Shown: piece by piece, positions 9,673-18,879 of the stretch
Layout of the letters: each line of letters opens with the position of its first letter
Numbering within the stretch: position 1 is the stretch's first letter
Assembly (NCBI GenBank): GCA_036490015.1
Contig: DASXER010000076.1
Coordinates: forward strand, 9,480-73,479
Reading direction: 5' to 3'
Length of the DNA: 64,000 bases
From: Solirubrobacteraceae bacterium
GTDB lineage: Bacteria > Actinomycetota > Thermoleophilia > Solirubrobacterales > Solirubrobacteraceae
The notes under the pieces: model-generated
Database searches by the model: none
Told to the model about the DNA's origin: nothing
The model's input: the letters and a program-made list of their open reading frames with translations, nothing else
Translations under genes and position numbers: made by a program

Positions 9673-11025
9673 ATGAGGGGTCTTTCCCTACGGTTCGCTT
9701 CGGCGGCCGCCGTCACCGCTGCTTCTGCGGTGGCGTTCATCGCTCCGGGCACCGCTAGCGCGGCTTGCACGGGGGCAAACATCGAAGGTTCGGGCTCGAC
9801 GCTGCAGGAACTTGCGCAGAACGAAGTCTGGCGTCCGACTTTCAACAATAAATGTCCCGGTGGCGAACACGAACAGGTGAGCGCTTATCACGGGGTCGGC
9901 AGCGGTGCGGGCCTGGCAACCTGGGGCGTCGGCAAAAAAGAACACAACTTCGGCTCGGCGTTCGCTTTCGTCGGCACCGACCAGCCGCCGAACCCCACGC
10001 AGAAATCCGAAATCGAACTCGTCAGCGGTGGCGGCAAAGTGCTTTCGATCCCGACCCTGCAGGCAGCGGTGGGCATCGACATCCACCTGCCGACTGGCTG
10101 CACTTCGGCTTTCAGCGGCACTTCCAAAAAAGAAAGCAAGGACTTCAAACGTCTCGCGCTGAACGAGAAAACGATCGAAGCGATCTTCGCCCACACGATC
10201 ACCAAATGGAGCGAAATCAAAGACTACGGCGACAAGCTGCTCCCGGCGGGCTGTGAAGGCAGCAGTGAAATCGTCCGCGTCGTCCGTGAAGACGGTTCGG
10301 GCACGACGGCGATCTTCAAGAAGTTCCTCTTCGAGATCAACAAGAACCCGGTCGACCCCGAAACGGGCGAAACCTGGAACGAACTCGCCGAAAAGAACAA
10401 AAACCTCCCTTGGCCTGAAGAAAAAGTGAACCTAGAACGGGCCAACGGCGGTAAAGGCGTCGCCAAACTGGTCGCCGAAAAGGCCGGCCGCATCGGCTAC
10501 TCGAACATGGCCGACGCCCGCAACACCCACCTGTACACGCCTGAAGGCGTGCCTGCTGGTGGCGACGGCACCCCGGTCTTCTGGGCCCTCGTCCAGAACA
10601 ACCCGGCTAACCAGAAGAAGTACATCGACCCGTCCGACAACAAAGAGATCAACGCCAAATCGAACTCGAACTGCTCGGGAACGAAGTACGTCAACCTCAA
10701 CGCGACCGGCAAAAAGGCGAAGTTCCCGCCCGAAAGCACGGAAGACGCGTGGAACGAAGTGACCGCGGAACTCAAGCAGAAGAACTACCCGATCTGCGGC
10801 TTCACGTACGACCTTTCGCTGACGAAGTTCAGCGGGACCGAAAGTGAAAAAACAGGAGCAAGTAGCGCTGAGGTGGAAACCATCTTCAACTACTTCAACT
10901 ACATCCTGAACGAAGGCCAGGTCAACCTCCTGGGCAACGACTACCTCGGCCTGCCGAACGTCGGCTCGGCCAAGAAGAACGTGCTCGACATCGCGCGGGC
11001 AGGGGCGGCCAAAATCGCCTTCTAA
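9673..11025 (+). CDS. pstS: PstS-family phosphate-binding protein, probably secreted (no canonical lipobox)
   Basis: GGAGG SD at 9658-9662 supports the ATG at 9673 rather than the ORF-track start at 9403. Phosphate-site motifs GSGSTLQ, GVGSGAG, FVGTD, VVREDGSGTT, and YPICGFTY near the C-terminus. Confidence 0.8.
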   Translation: MRGLSLRFASAAAVTAASAVAFIAPGTASAACTGANIEGSGSTLQELAQNEVWRPTFNNKCPGGEHEQVSAYHGVGSGAGLATWGVGKKEHNFGSAFAFVGTDQPPNPTQKSEIELVSGGGKVLSIPTLQAAVGIDIHLPTGCTSAFSGTSKKESKDFKRLALNEKTIEAIFAHTITKWSEIKDYGDKLLPAGCEGSSEIVRVVREDGSGTTAIFKKFLFEINKNPVDPETGETWNELAEKNKNLPWPEEKVNLERANGGKGVAKLVAEKAGRIGYSNMADARNTHLYTPEGVPAGGDGTPVFWALVQNNPANQKKYIDPSDNKEINAKSNSNCSGTKYVNLNATGKKAKFPPESTEDAWNEVTAELKQKNYPICGFTYDLSLTKFSGTESEKTGASSAEVETIFNYFNYILNEGQVNLLGNDYLGLPNVGSAKKNVLDIARAGAAKIAF

Positions 11026-11089
11026 CACCTGACGGAAACGTCGCCCTCAACGGCGACGAAGCCCTAGGGCGCGACAGGAAGTCGCACAC

Positions 11090-11126
11090 GACCGGGCGGT
11101 CCCAGGCGGGGCCGCCCGGTCTTTTT
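11090..11126 (+). terminator. Rho-independent terminator after the pstS-like gene
   Basis: GACCGGGCGGTCCC-AGGC-GGGGCCGCCCGGTC stem (one G-U pair) followed by TTTTT. Confidence 0.85.
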
Positions 11127-11224
11127 ATTGCGCTGTCGCTGCTCTACAATCCGCCGCCCGAGGGAACGGGAGGCCGTGTGGGGAGGCGCCAGTGGGGCGC
11201 CCGCGGCTAGACAGCGGAGAGTCC

Positions 11225-12121
11225 ATGCACATCGATCCATTCATAGTCCTGGGTAGCGCCATCATCGGCTTTCTCGTCGGCATGACCGGCGCGGGCGGTG
11301 GGGCCCTGATGACGCCGATGCTGATCCTTTTGTTCGGGGTCAAGCCCTCCGCCGCGATCTCGAGCGACCTCGTGGCGGCGGTGGTGATGCGCCCGGTCGG
11401 TGCGACAGTCCACCTGCGCAAAGGCACGGTCAACAAGCGCATCGTCGGCTGGATGGTGCTCGGCTCCGTGCCGATGGCGTTCTTCGGGGCCTATCTCTTG
11501 AAACTGATGGGCAACTCCAAGGCGGCGCAGACCCATATCGAGACGGCGCTCGGCGCCGCGCTGCTGTTGGGCGCCTCTGCGATGGTGCTGCGCTACGTGC
11601 TCGACCGCCGCAGCGGTGAGAGCCGCACGGCACTGGCGAGCGAGATCGTGCCGCACCGGTTCCGTACGGTTGCGATCGGCATGGTCGGGGGTGTGATCGT
11701 CGGCATGACGTCGGTCGGCTCGGGCTCGCTGATGATCATCCTGCTGCTGTTCCTGTACCCGAGCATCGGCGCCAACCAGCTGGTCGGGACCGACCTCTCG
11801 CAGGCGGTGCCGCTGACGCTCGCGGCGGCGCTCGGCGCGCTCGCCTTCGGCCACGTCGAACTCGACGTCGCGACCTCGCTCGTCATCGGCAGCGTGCCGG
11901 CGGTGCTCGTCGGCTCCTTCCTGTCCTCGAGTGCGCCCGACCGCTACGTGCGTCCGGCGATCACGTTCGTGATCTTCGCCTCCGGGTTGAAGTACATCGG
12001 CCTCGGCACCGAAGCGCTCGGCTGGGTGCTGTGCGGCGTGCTGCTGGCCGGCGCGATCGCGTGGGCGGTGACGAAGAAGCCGTGGCGCAACGGGGACTCG
12101 GCCGAACCGGTCAAGCCCTAG
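11225..12121 (+). CDS. TauE/SafE (TSUP) family sulfur-compound transporter
   Basis: Multi-pass membrane protein with GFLVGMTGAGGGALMTP and GVIVGMTSVGSGSL internal repeat motifs. GGAGA SD before the ATG at 11225. Confidence 0.85.
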   Translation: MHIDPFIVLGSAIIGFLVGMTGAGGGALMTPMLILLFGVKPSAAISSDLVAAVVMRPVGATVHLRKGTVNKRIVGWMVLGSVPMAFFGAYLLKLMGNSKAAQTHIETALGAALLLGASAMVLRYVLDRRSGESRTALASEIVPHRFRTVAIGMVGGVIVGMTSVGSGSLMIILLLFLYPSIGANQLVGTDLSQAVPLTLAAALGALAFGHVELDVATSLVIGSVPAVLVGSFLSSSAPDRYVRPAITFVIFASGLKYIGLGTEALGWVLCGVLLAGAIAWAVTKKPWRNGDSAEPVKP

Positions 12122-12197
12122 ATGCAGCTCAGGCGGTAGATTCGATCCGCCGGCAGAGATTCGGATGAGTCGTAGAGACTCTCAGGTATCAGGGGCC

Positions 12198-12226
12198 TTG
12201 CTTTAGATATGCCCTGTGTTTATGAT
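12198..12226 (+). promoter_or_regulatory. Sigma70-type promoter for the priming sugar transferase
   Basis: TTGCTT (12198-12203), 17 nt spacer, TATGAT (12221-12226), in an AT-rich intergenic region. Confidence 0.6.
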
Positions 12227-12326
12227 GGCGCACCTTAGTGCAGATCACCGAATCTCGACAATTGTTGAGGCTTCTTGATCCACTATTGCGGGGCCGGGAG
12301 AGGCGAGCAAGGAGGCGTAAGTCGCG

Positions 12327-13844
12327 ATGAGTGTCGAGACGGGCGGTCGATCGGAGGCGGGTGTTCCTTGGAACTCCTCATCTCTGACGTCGACCTCACG
12401 AGGACTGCTGGGCCTTGCGGCCCGCCGCCGTGTGCTCGCTCCGGGCATCGCGGAGGTGCGCGGGCCCGCTGCCTCGATGCGTCGCGACGCTCTCTTTCGT
12501 CGCACGCTCGCGGTTGCCGACGTGCTGGCGTTGACGGGCGCCTTCCTGCTCACGCTCGCGCTCGCCAATCGCTCGATCCAGTTGACATGGGCGAGCCTCG
12601 TCGAGCTACCCGTGCTGCTGGCCGGGGCGAAGCTCACCGGCCTCTACGACCGCGACGAGACGCTGCTGCGCAAGACGACGCTCGACGAGGCACCGAAACT
12701 CTTTCAGCTGGCGACGCTTTGCACCGTCGTCGCCTGGATCGCCGGTGGGCTGATCGTGCACGGCATCCTCGACCGCCACGAGGCGCTCGTGCTGTGGATG
12801 TCGCTGGCGGTCTTCCTGATCCTCTTCCGCTCGGCCGCCCGTGGCATCTCGCTGCGCATAGCGCCGGCCGAGCGCTGCCTGTTCATCGGCGACGAGATGT
12901 CGGCCGAGACGATCCGCTCGAAGCTCGCCTGCAACGGCGGCGTGAAGGCCAAGGTCGTGGCCCACCTCGATCTGGACAAGGTCGCCCCGTGGTCGTCGGA
13001 GAGCTTCTCCGAGCCGCGACTAGCGGAGATCCGTGATCTCGCCCAGACGCTCGACGTGCACCGTGCGATCATCGCGCCGCGCAGCGCCGACGCCGGCGAG
13101 ATGCTGAACCTCGTGCGCACGCTGAAGGCCGTCGGCGTGCGAGTCAGCGTCGTGCCGCGCTTGCTGGAGGTGGTCGGCTCGTCGGTCGAGTTCGACGATC
13201 TGCACGGCGTCACCGTCATGGGCGTGAGGCGCTTCGACCTCACGCGCTCGTCCGCCGCCTTCAAGCGCGCCTTCGACGTGATCGGCGCCTTGCTCGGCCT
13301 GCTGGCCGTCTCGCCGCTGATGATCGCGATTGCGATCGCGATCAAGCTCGACAGTCGCGGCCCCGTCTTCTTCCGCCAGACGCGCGTGGGCCGTCACGGC
13401 CACCGCTTCAACATGCTCAAGTTCCGCACGATGGTGCCGGACGCCGAGTCGATGAAGGACTCGCTGCGCGATCGCAACGAGGCCATGGAGGGGCTGTTCA
13501 AGATCGCCGAGGACCCGCGCGTCACGCGCATCGGGCGCCTCCTGCGCCGCAGCGCGCTCGACGAGTTGCCGCAACTGCTGAACATCGTGCGCGGCGAGAT
13601 GAGCCTGGTCGGGCCGCGGCCGCTCGTGCTCGAGGAGGATCAGCGCATCGAGGGCTGGCACCGGCGGCGTCTCGAGTTGATGCCGGGCATGACGGGTCCG
13701 TGGCAGATCCTCGGCCCGGCGCGCGTCCCGCTGCGCGAGATGGTGGCGATCGACTACCTGTACGTCGCCAACTGGTCGCCCTGGAAAGACATCAAGATCC
13801 TGCTGCGCACCGTGCCGCACGTGCTCGGCCGCCGCGGCCTGTAG
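12327..13844 (+). CDS. Polyprenyl-phosphate glycosylphosphotransferase (WcaJ/WbaP-type priming sugar transferase)
   Basis: N-terminal TMs, then KRAFD...IKLDSRGPVFFRQTRVG...KFRTM...DPRVTRIGRLLRRSALDELPQLLNIVRGEMSLVGPRP. GGAGG SD. Confidence 0.93.
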   Translation: MSVETGGRSEAGVPWNSSSLTSTSRGLLGLAARRRVLAPGIAEVRGPAASMRRDALFRRTLAVADVLALTGAFLLTLALANRSIQLTWASLVELPVLLAGAKLTGLYDRDETLLRKTTLDEAPKLFQLATLCTVVAWIAGGLIVHGILDRHEALVLWMSLAVFLILFRSAARGISLRIAPAERCLFIGDEMSAETIRSKLACNGGVKAKVVAHLDLDKVAPWSSESFSEPRLAEIRDLAQTLDVHRAIIAPRSADAGEMLNLVRTLKAVGVRVSVVPRLLEVVGSSVEFDDLHGVTVMGVRRFDLTRSSAAFKRAFDVIGALLGLLAVSPLMIAIAIAIKLDSRGPVFFRQTRVGRHGHRFNMLKFRTMVPDAESMKDSLRDRNEAMEGLFKIAEDPRVTRIGRLLRRSALDELPQLLNIVRGEMSLVGPRPLVLEEDQRIEGWHRRRLELMPGMTGPWQILGPARVPLREMVAIDYLYVANWSPWKDIKILLRTVPHVLGRRGL

Positions 13845-13855
13845 CGCTCAACGGG

Positions 13856-14332
13856 CTACTGCGGCACCGCTTCGCTGCTGGTTTCCCGCGGCTTGCTCGG
13901 ACTCGGACTCGGCGAGGATTTGTGACGCGAGCGTTCGCGCGCCTGCTGTTCGGCGCGGTGGATCTTCGCGCTCGCTTCCCTTTCACGGACTTCCGAAGCT
14001 TCTTCGCGTTTGCGCGCGTTGCTCTCGGCTTCTTCTTCGCGTTTCTTGGACGTGTCCTTGGAGTGCGATTCACGCGCTTTGGAGCGCGCTTCGGCTGACA
14101 GTTCGCGTTTTTCGGATTCGATCGCCGCGAGGTCTTCGCGCTCTTCGGTCAATTCCTGTACTTCTTCCCTTTTGGCGGCTTGTTCTTCTTCCTTGATGGC
14201 TGCCGCTTCCGCCGCTTCGGCGTGCGCGGGAGATTCGTTTTCTCCCTTTTCCTTCGTCGCGCAGCCGCTCACGGCGAAGCCGGCGCTCGCCAGCGCCATT
14301 AGACACAGGATGTGGTTCCGCGCTCCAGCCAC
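13856..14332 (-). CDS. Putative lipoprotein with an E/K/R-rich coiled coil
   Basis: Signal peptide ending VSG-C (lipobox-like), then low-complexity helical EEEQAAKREE repeats. TAGCCT -10-like hexamer 8 nt before the GTG. Confidence 0.65.
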   Translation of the reverse strand: MAGARNHILCLMALASAGFAVSGCATKEKGENESPAHAEAAEAAAIKEEEQAAKREEVQELTEEREDLAAIESEKRELSAEARSKARESHSKDTSKKREEEAESNARKREEASEVREREASAKIHRAEQQARERSRHKSSPSPSPSKPRETSSEAVPQ

Positions 14333-14343
14333 TGAAGGACAGG

Positions 14344-15597
14344 CTAGCCAGTCAGATGGCCGCCACCGGTCGCCCGCCGCTCGTGCACGAGCTCTTCCAG
14401 CGCGCGTGAGACACGCTCGCAGACGGGCTCCGAGGCGAACAGCCGAGCCGCCTCCGCACGCGCCCGGGTGCGCACGCCTTCGGGCTGATCCGCGAGCGCG
14501 GCGAGCGAGGCTTCGATCGCGTCGGCCATCCGCGCGACCTCGCCGGGTCCCGTCAAGCGCGCCAGCTCGGGGTCGACGCCCTCGACCGCGCCAACCTCAG
14601 TAGTGGCGACGACCGGCACACCGGAGGCCAGCGCCTCGACCACGGTCAGGCCGAACGGCTCGTAGCTGCTTGCCTGCAGCAGCAGGTCGGCGGACGCGAG
14701 CTGGTCTGGCACCTCACTCGGCGGGATGCGTCCCACGTACTCGGCGTTCTCAGTTGGCAGCGCGGCGAGCAGCTTGGTGTAGTCGGACCACAGGCTGGGC
14801 CCACCGACGATCCTGATGTGCGCGCTCGCGCCGCGCTCGCGCAGCAACGCGGCGACCGCGACGACATCCTCGATGCCCTTGCGGGCGACCACGCGGCCGA
14901 GCACGAGCACCCGTGGCGGGTCGCCGACGGCGCGGCTCATCTCGGCGTCCGCGAAGCGCTCTACGCGGACGGGGTTGGGGATCACGACCGTGCGGTCGGC
15001 GGGCAGGGCGTAGTCGTGTACGACGTGGTCGCGGAACACGGAGCTGATGCAGATCACGAGCCGCGCGCGGCGGACCATCGTGCGCTGCACGAGCACGCGA
15101 ACGCCCATCACGGCGGTCATCAGTCCCAGCGTGTAGAAGGGCATACAGCGCAGCGCGAGCCGCCACTCCTTGAGCATGTAGCGCAGCTCGCCGGCGCTGT
15201 GCGTGCCAGGCTGGATCACGAGCGGCAGCTCGTCGCGCAGCCGACGCGGCATGGCCAGTGTCTCGATGTTGTTGAACTGGAACGCGATGTCGTAGGGGTC
15301 GCGTTCGTGCTGGGCCAGCACGGCCCGCCTCAGCCGGATCGAGCCGAACGCGCGCCCCCACAGCCCGCCGACGAACTGGGCCACTCGGACGCGCGCGTAC
15401 CAGCGATCCCAGCGGCCTTCGTGCGTGCCCCAGAAGAAGCGGATGTTCGGCTCGGCGGCGATCCGCGGCGGCGGCTCGTAGCCCGTGCCGGGCAGGAAGC
15501 AGTCGATCCGATGGCCCCTTGAAGCCAACCCGAGCAGCAGCTCGGCGGCGACGCCTGGCGCGCCGCCGGACTCGCGATGGGAGGGGCCGGACCCCAT
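14344..15597 (-). CDS. Glycosyltransferase family 4 (true start may be ATC at 15624)
   Basis: VIPNPV, VLGRVVARKG and YEPFGLTVVEALASGVPVV (EX7E motif). Confidence 0.9.
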   Translation of the reverse strand: MGSGPSHRESGGAPGVAAELLLGLASRGHRIDCFLPGTGYEPPPRIAAEPNIRFFWGTHEGRWDRWYARVRVAQFVGGLWGRAFGSIRLRRAVLAQHERDPYDIAFQFNNIETLAMPRRLRDELPLVIQPGTHSAGELRYMLKEWRLALRCMPFYTLGLMTAVMGVRVLVQRTMVRRARLVICISSVFRDHVVHDYALPADRTVVIPNPVRVERFADAEMSRAVGDPPRVLVLGRVVARKGIEDVVAVAALLRERGASAHIRIVGGPSLWSDYTKLLAALPTENAEYVGRIPPSEVPDQLASADLLLQASSYEPFGLTVVEALASGVPVVATTEVGAVEGVDPELARLTGPGEVARMADAIEASLAALADQPEGVRTRARAEAARLFASEPVCERVSRALEELVHERRATGGGHLTG

Positions 15598-15647
15598 CCA
15601 CGCTATGTGAAGCGGCTCTGAGATCGCTGGAGCCTAGATGATCGATT

Positions 15648-16772
15648 TCACGGTCGCGGGCCTTCGGCGAGCACACGCTCGACCTCGGTGGCGAGGCGTA
15701 CGCGGAACGCCTCGACGGAGAAGCGGGCCGCGTTCTCGACCGCCGCCGCCGGCTCGAGCTCCAGGCGCGGCAGCTCGGCGATCGCGCGCGCGAAGGCGCC
15801 CACGTCATCGGGCGGCACGAGCCTTCCGGTACGCCCGTCGAGCACCGTCTCCAGCGCGCCGCCGGCGGCCGCGGCGATCACCGGTCGCCCGGCGGCCTGG
15901 GCCTCGACGGCGGTGATGCCGAACTCCTCGACGGCTGGCATCAACAGCGCGCGCGCGCTCGAGTAGAGCCCCGCCAGGCGCTCGTCGTCCACCCGGCCGA
16001 GGAAGTCGGCCTCGGGGTATGAGGCTCGCAGCAGCTCGAGGTCCGGGCCCGTGCCGACGACGCGGAGCTTCATGTGAGCCTCGCGCGCGGCGTCGAGCGC
16101 GACCTCGATGCGCTTGTGGCGCACGATCTCCGAAACCAACAGCAGGTGCTCGCCGTCGCCCTCGCCGGGAGTGAAGCGTGCCGTCTCGACCGGAGGATGG
16201 ATCACGGGCACGTCGTCGCGACCGTAGGTCGACTTCACCCTTGCGCGCGTTATCTGTGAATTGGCGATGTAATGATCAACCCGTCGGCTGGCGGTGAGGT
16301 CCCAACGGCGCATCCACGCGAGCTGCACGCCGAGCGCGGGCCGCAGCGGCGCGGGCATCTCCGACAGCGCTCGCGCGCGCTCGTGCCAGGCGTAGCGAAA
16401 AGGTGAATGGCAGTAGCAGATGTGAATCGTCTCAGCAGGCGTGCGGATAGCGTGTGCGAACGCGCTGCTGCTGCTCAACAGCACGCGCGTGCCGGGCGGC
16501 ACCCGCAGGCGCGAGACCGCCCACGGGTACAGCGGCAGCAGGCGGCGAAAGCCGTTCTGGCCGACGCCGAGTCGCTGTAGGGGCGAGGTTTCGATCGTGC
16601 GCCCTTCGAAGCGCCCGTCGAGGCCGTGCTCGTCGTAGAGCAGCGTCAGGATTGAAGCGTCGGGGTAGATCTCGGCCATCGCCGCGAACGTTCGCTCGGC
16701 CCCCCTCATCACGAGCAGGTAGTCGTGCGCGAGGGCCATCTCGCCGGCCCGGCCCGCCGGTCTACCATCCAT
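15648..16772 (-). CDS. Glycosyltransferase family 4 (WbaZ-like)
   Basis: AHDYLLVMRGAER, CYCHSPFRYAW, VIHPPV and EEFGITAVEAQAAGRPVIA. TACGCT -10 7 nt before the ATG at 16772 supports this start. Confidence 0.9.
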   Translation of the reverse strand: MDGRPAGRAGEMALAHDYLLVMRGAERTFAAMAEIYPDASILTLLYDEHGLDGRFEGRTIETSPLQRLGVGQNGFRRLLPLYPWAVSRLRVPPGTRVLLSSSSAFAHAIRTPAETIHICYCHSPFRYAWHERARALSEMPAPLRPALGVQLAWMRRWDLTASRRVDHYIANSQITRARVKSTYGRDDVPVIHPPVETARFTPGEGDGEHLLLVSEIVRHKRIEVALDAAREAHMKLRVVGTGPDLELLRASYPEADFLGRVDDERLAGLYSSARALLMPAVEEFGITAVEAQAAGRPVIAAAAGGALETVLDGRTGRLVPPDDVGAFARAIAELPRLELEPAAAVENAARFSVEAFRVRLATEVERVLAEGPRP

Positions 16773-16821
16773 GGCGCGCAGCGTATCTACCTGGCAACCG
16801 TTGGCCCGGTATCGTTCGCCC

Positions 16822-17580
16822 GTGTCGGATGTGATGTTCAAGGTCCTGGGCTGGCGCGCCCTCCTGATCCATGGTGATCCCTGCGTGCTCGACCGCTGGC
16901 GCTGGCTGCACTCCCAGCTGCGTCCGGGCCCGCTGCGCACCTTCGACGCCGGCTGCGGCAACGGTGCCTTCAGCATTTACGCGGCGCGTCGCGGCAACGC
17001 CGTGCTGGCCGCGTCGTTCTCGGCCGGCGAGCAGGAGGCCGCCCGGCGCCGCGCCGAGGAGCTGGGCATCACGGACATCGACTTCCGCGTGCTCGACCTG
17101 CGCGAGATCGGCCGGCACGCGAGCGAGCTGGGCAGCTTCGATCAGATCATCTGCTTCGAGACGATCGAGCACCTGAGCGACGACGAGGGACTGGTGCGCA
17201 CGCTGGCTGGGATGCTCGAGCCGGGTGGGCGGTTGCTGCTGACGACCCCGTTCGACGCTCACCATCCGCTCTACTCCGAGGAGACGACGCCGAGCCCGGT
17301 CGAGGATGGCTCGCACGTCCGCTACGGGTACTCGCGGGCGCGCCTGCGGGAACTGGCCGAGCTGGCAGGGCTGGAAGTCGTAGAGGAGGGCTTCGCCAGC
17401 GGCTTCTTCTCGCAGAAGGTGACGAGCCTGATGCGCATCCTGACGGCCCGCTTCTCGCTGCCGGTCTCGTGGGCGCTGACGTTCCCGTTGCGGGCGCTCG
17501 TGGTGCTCGACCGTCCGCTCGGCCGGCTGCTGGGCTATCCGTACCTGAGCGTCGCCCTCACCGGCGTGCGCCCCGTCTGA
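16822..17580 (+). CDS. Class I SAM-dependent methyltransferase
   Basis: FDAGCGNG motif I, FDQIICFETIEH and LEPGGRLLLTTP. TATCGT -10 6 nt before the GTG at 16822. Confidence 0.88.
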   Translation: MSDVMFKVLGWRALLIHGDPCVLDRWRWLHSQLRPGPLRTFDAGCGNGAFSIYAARRGNAVLAASFSAGEQEAARRRAEELGITDIDFRVLDLREIGRHASELGSFDQIICFETIEHLSDDEGLVRTLAGMLEPGGRLLLTTPFDAHHPLYSEETTPSPVEDGSHVRYGYSRARLRELAELAGLEVVEEGFASGFFSQKVTSLMRILTARFSLPVSWALTFPLRALVVLDRPLGRLLGYPYLSVALTGVRPV

Positions 17581-17591
17581 AGGGCTCGAGC

Positions 17592-18719
17592 ATGTCGGCA
17601 AGCGTCACGGTCGTCGCGAACGACGTCGGCGCGGTCGGCGGGATGGAGCGCGTGCTGGGCGCGCTGATCTTGGGTCTCGCCGAGCGCGGGTACGAGGTGA
17701 CGGTGCTCGCGCGTGTGTGCGAGCTGCCTCCGCACGAGCGCGTGCGCTTCCGGCGCATCCTCGGCCCCCGCCGCCCGTTCCCGCTCGCCTACCCGTGGTT
17801 CATGCTGCTCGGCACGCTGCTGCTGGGACGCTGGCGCCGCGGCGTCGTCATCGCGACCGGCGGCATCGTGCTCGCGCCGGTCGACGTGCTGACCGTTCAC
17901 TACCTGCATCAGGTGGGTCCGACCAACACCGATCGCAAGACGCTCGTGGCGCGCGCGAACGCATGGCTCACACGGCGCATGAAGCCGGTCCTGGAGCGCG
18001 TCGCATTTCGTGCCGCCAAGGCGAAGCGCTACGTGTGCGTGTCGGAGGGCGTGGCCGACGAGGTCCGCCGGCACTACCCGCGGCTCGCCGAGCGTGTGCT
18101 GACGATCCACAACGGCGTCGACACCGCGGCCTTCAAGCCCGGCGTCCGCGCAGCCGACGCCGCTGCGCTGCGCGCGCGGCTGTCGCTCCCGACGGACGGT
18201 CTCGTGGCGGCCTTCGTCGGCGGCGAGTGGGACCGCAAGGGCCTCGGCCCGACGCTCGAAGCGCTGGCCGAAGCGCCCGGCTGGTCGCTGCTCGTGGCGG
18301 GGGCGGGGGACGAGCAGCGCTTCCGGGCGCTCGCCGCCACGTTCGGCGTGGCCGAGCGCGTGCGCTGGCTCGGCGTCGTGCTGGACGTGGCACCGGTCTA
18401 CGAGCTGGCCGACGCGTTCGTCTTTCCCTCCAGCTACGAGACCTTCTCGCTCGTCACCTACGAGGCGGCGGCGAGCGGCCTAGCGATCGTGGCCGCGCCA
18501 GTCAACGGCGTGCGCGAGCTGATCCTCGACGGCCAGAACGGATTCCTGGTCACGCGCGACGCGACACAGATCTCCGAGCGTCTGCGACAGCTGTCTGACG
18601 ATCCTCAGCTCATGGCTCGCCTGGGAGCCGCCGCTCGCGAGGCCGTCGAGCGCTTCAGCTGGGAGGCGATGGTCGATCGCTACGCCGCGCTGGTCGAGCA
18701 GCTCTCAGACGCTGTCTGA
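17592..18719 (+). CDS. Glycosyltransferase family 4
   Basis: VGGMERV, TIHNGVD, WDRKGL and YETFSLVTYEAAASGL. Confidence 0.9.
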   Translation: MSASVTVVANDVGAVGGMERVLGALILGLAERGYEVTVLARVCELPPHERVRFRRILGPRRPFPLAYPWFMLLGTLLLGRWRRGVVIATGGIVLAPVDVLTVHYLHQVGPTNTDRKTLVARANAWLTRRMKPVLERVAFRAAKAKRYVCVSEGVADEVRRHYPRLAERVLTIHNGVDTAAFKPGVRAADAAALRARLSLPTDGLVAAFVGGEWDRKGLGPTLEALAEAPGWSLLVAGAGDEQRFRALAATFGVAERVRWLGVVLDVAPVYELADAFVFPSSYETFSLVTYEAAASGLAIVAAPVNGVRELILDGQNGFLVTRDATQISERLRQLSDDPQLMARLGAAAREAVERFSWEAMVDRYAALVEQLSDAV

Positions 18720-18837
18720 AGCTCACGTCGAAGGTTCGCCCTTGACGCAAAAGATCTGCAAAAGCACAGGATATTTACGTGCACGCCTATGCGAAAAAGG
18801 ACTTGCACGCTAGTCTTTAGCGCCCGATTACGTACAT

Positions 18838-18850
18838 TCTTATGATGGCT
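18838..18850 (+). promoter_or_regulatory. Probable -10 element for the wzc-wzy-ABC-sulfotransferase operon
   Basis: TATGAT at 18841-18846 in a 160-nt AT-rich gap. TTATGATGGC is identical to the element at 12220-12229. Confidence 0.45.
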
Positions 18851-18879
18851 TAGCTTGCCATCCGGACGGACCTGGAACC

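Noticed and set aside
6654-11025. Horizontally acquired island, suggested by lower GC and A-rich codons
   Set aside because: No integrase, transposase, tRNA or flanking repeats; the same codon shift recurs inside exported segments elsewhere, so it tracks localisation or expression.
11029-11065. Hammerhead-ribozyme-like look (CTGACGG...stem...GAAG)
   Set aside because: The core needs CUGAnGA and GAAA; both are broken here and stems I/III are not evident.
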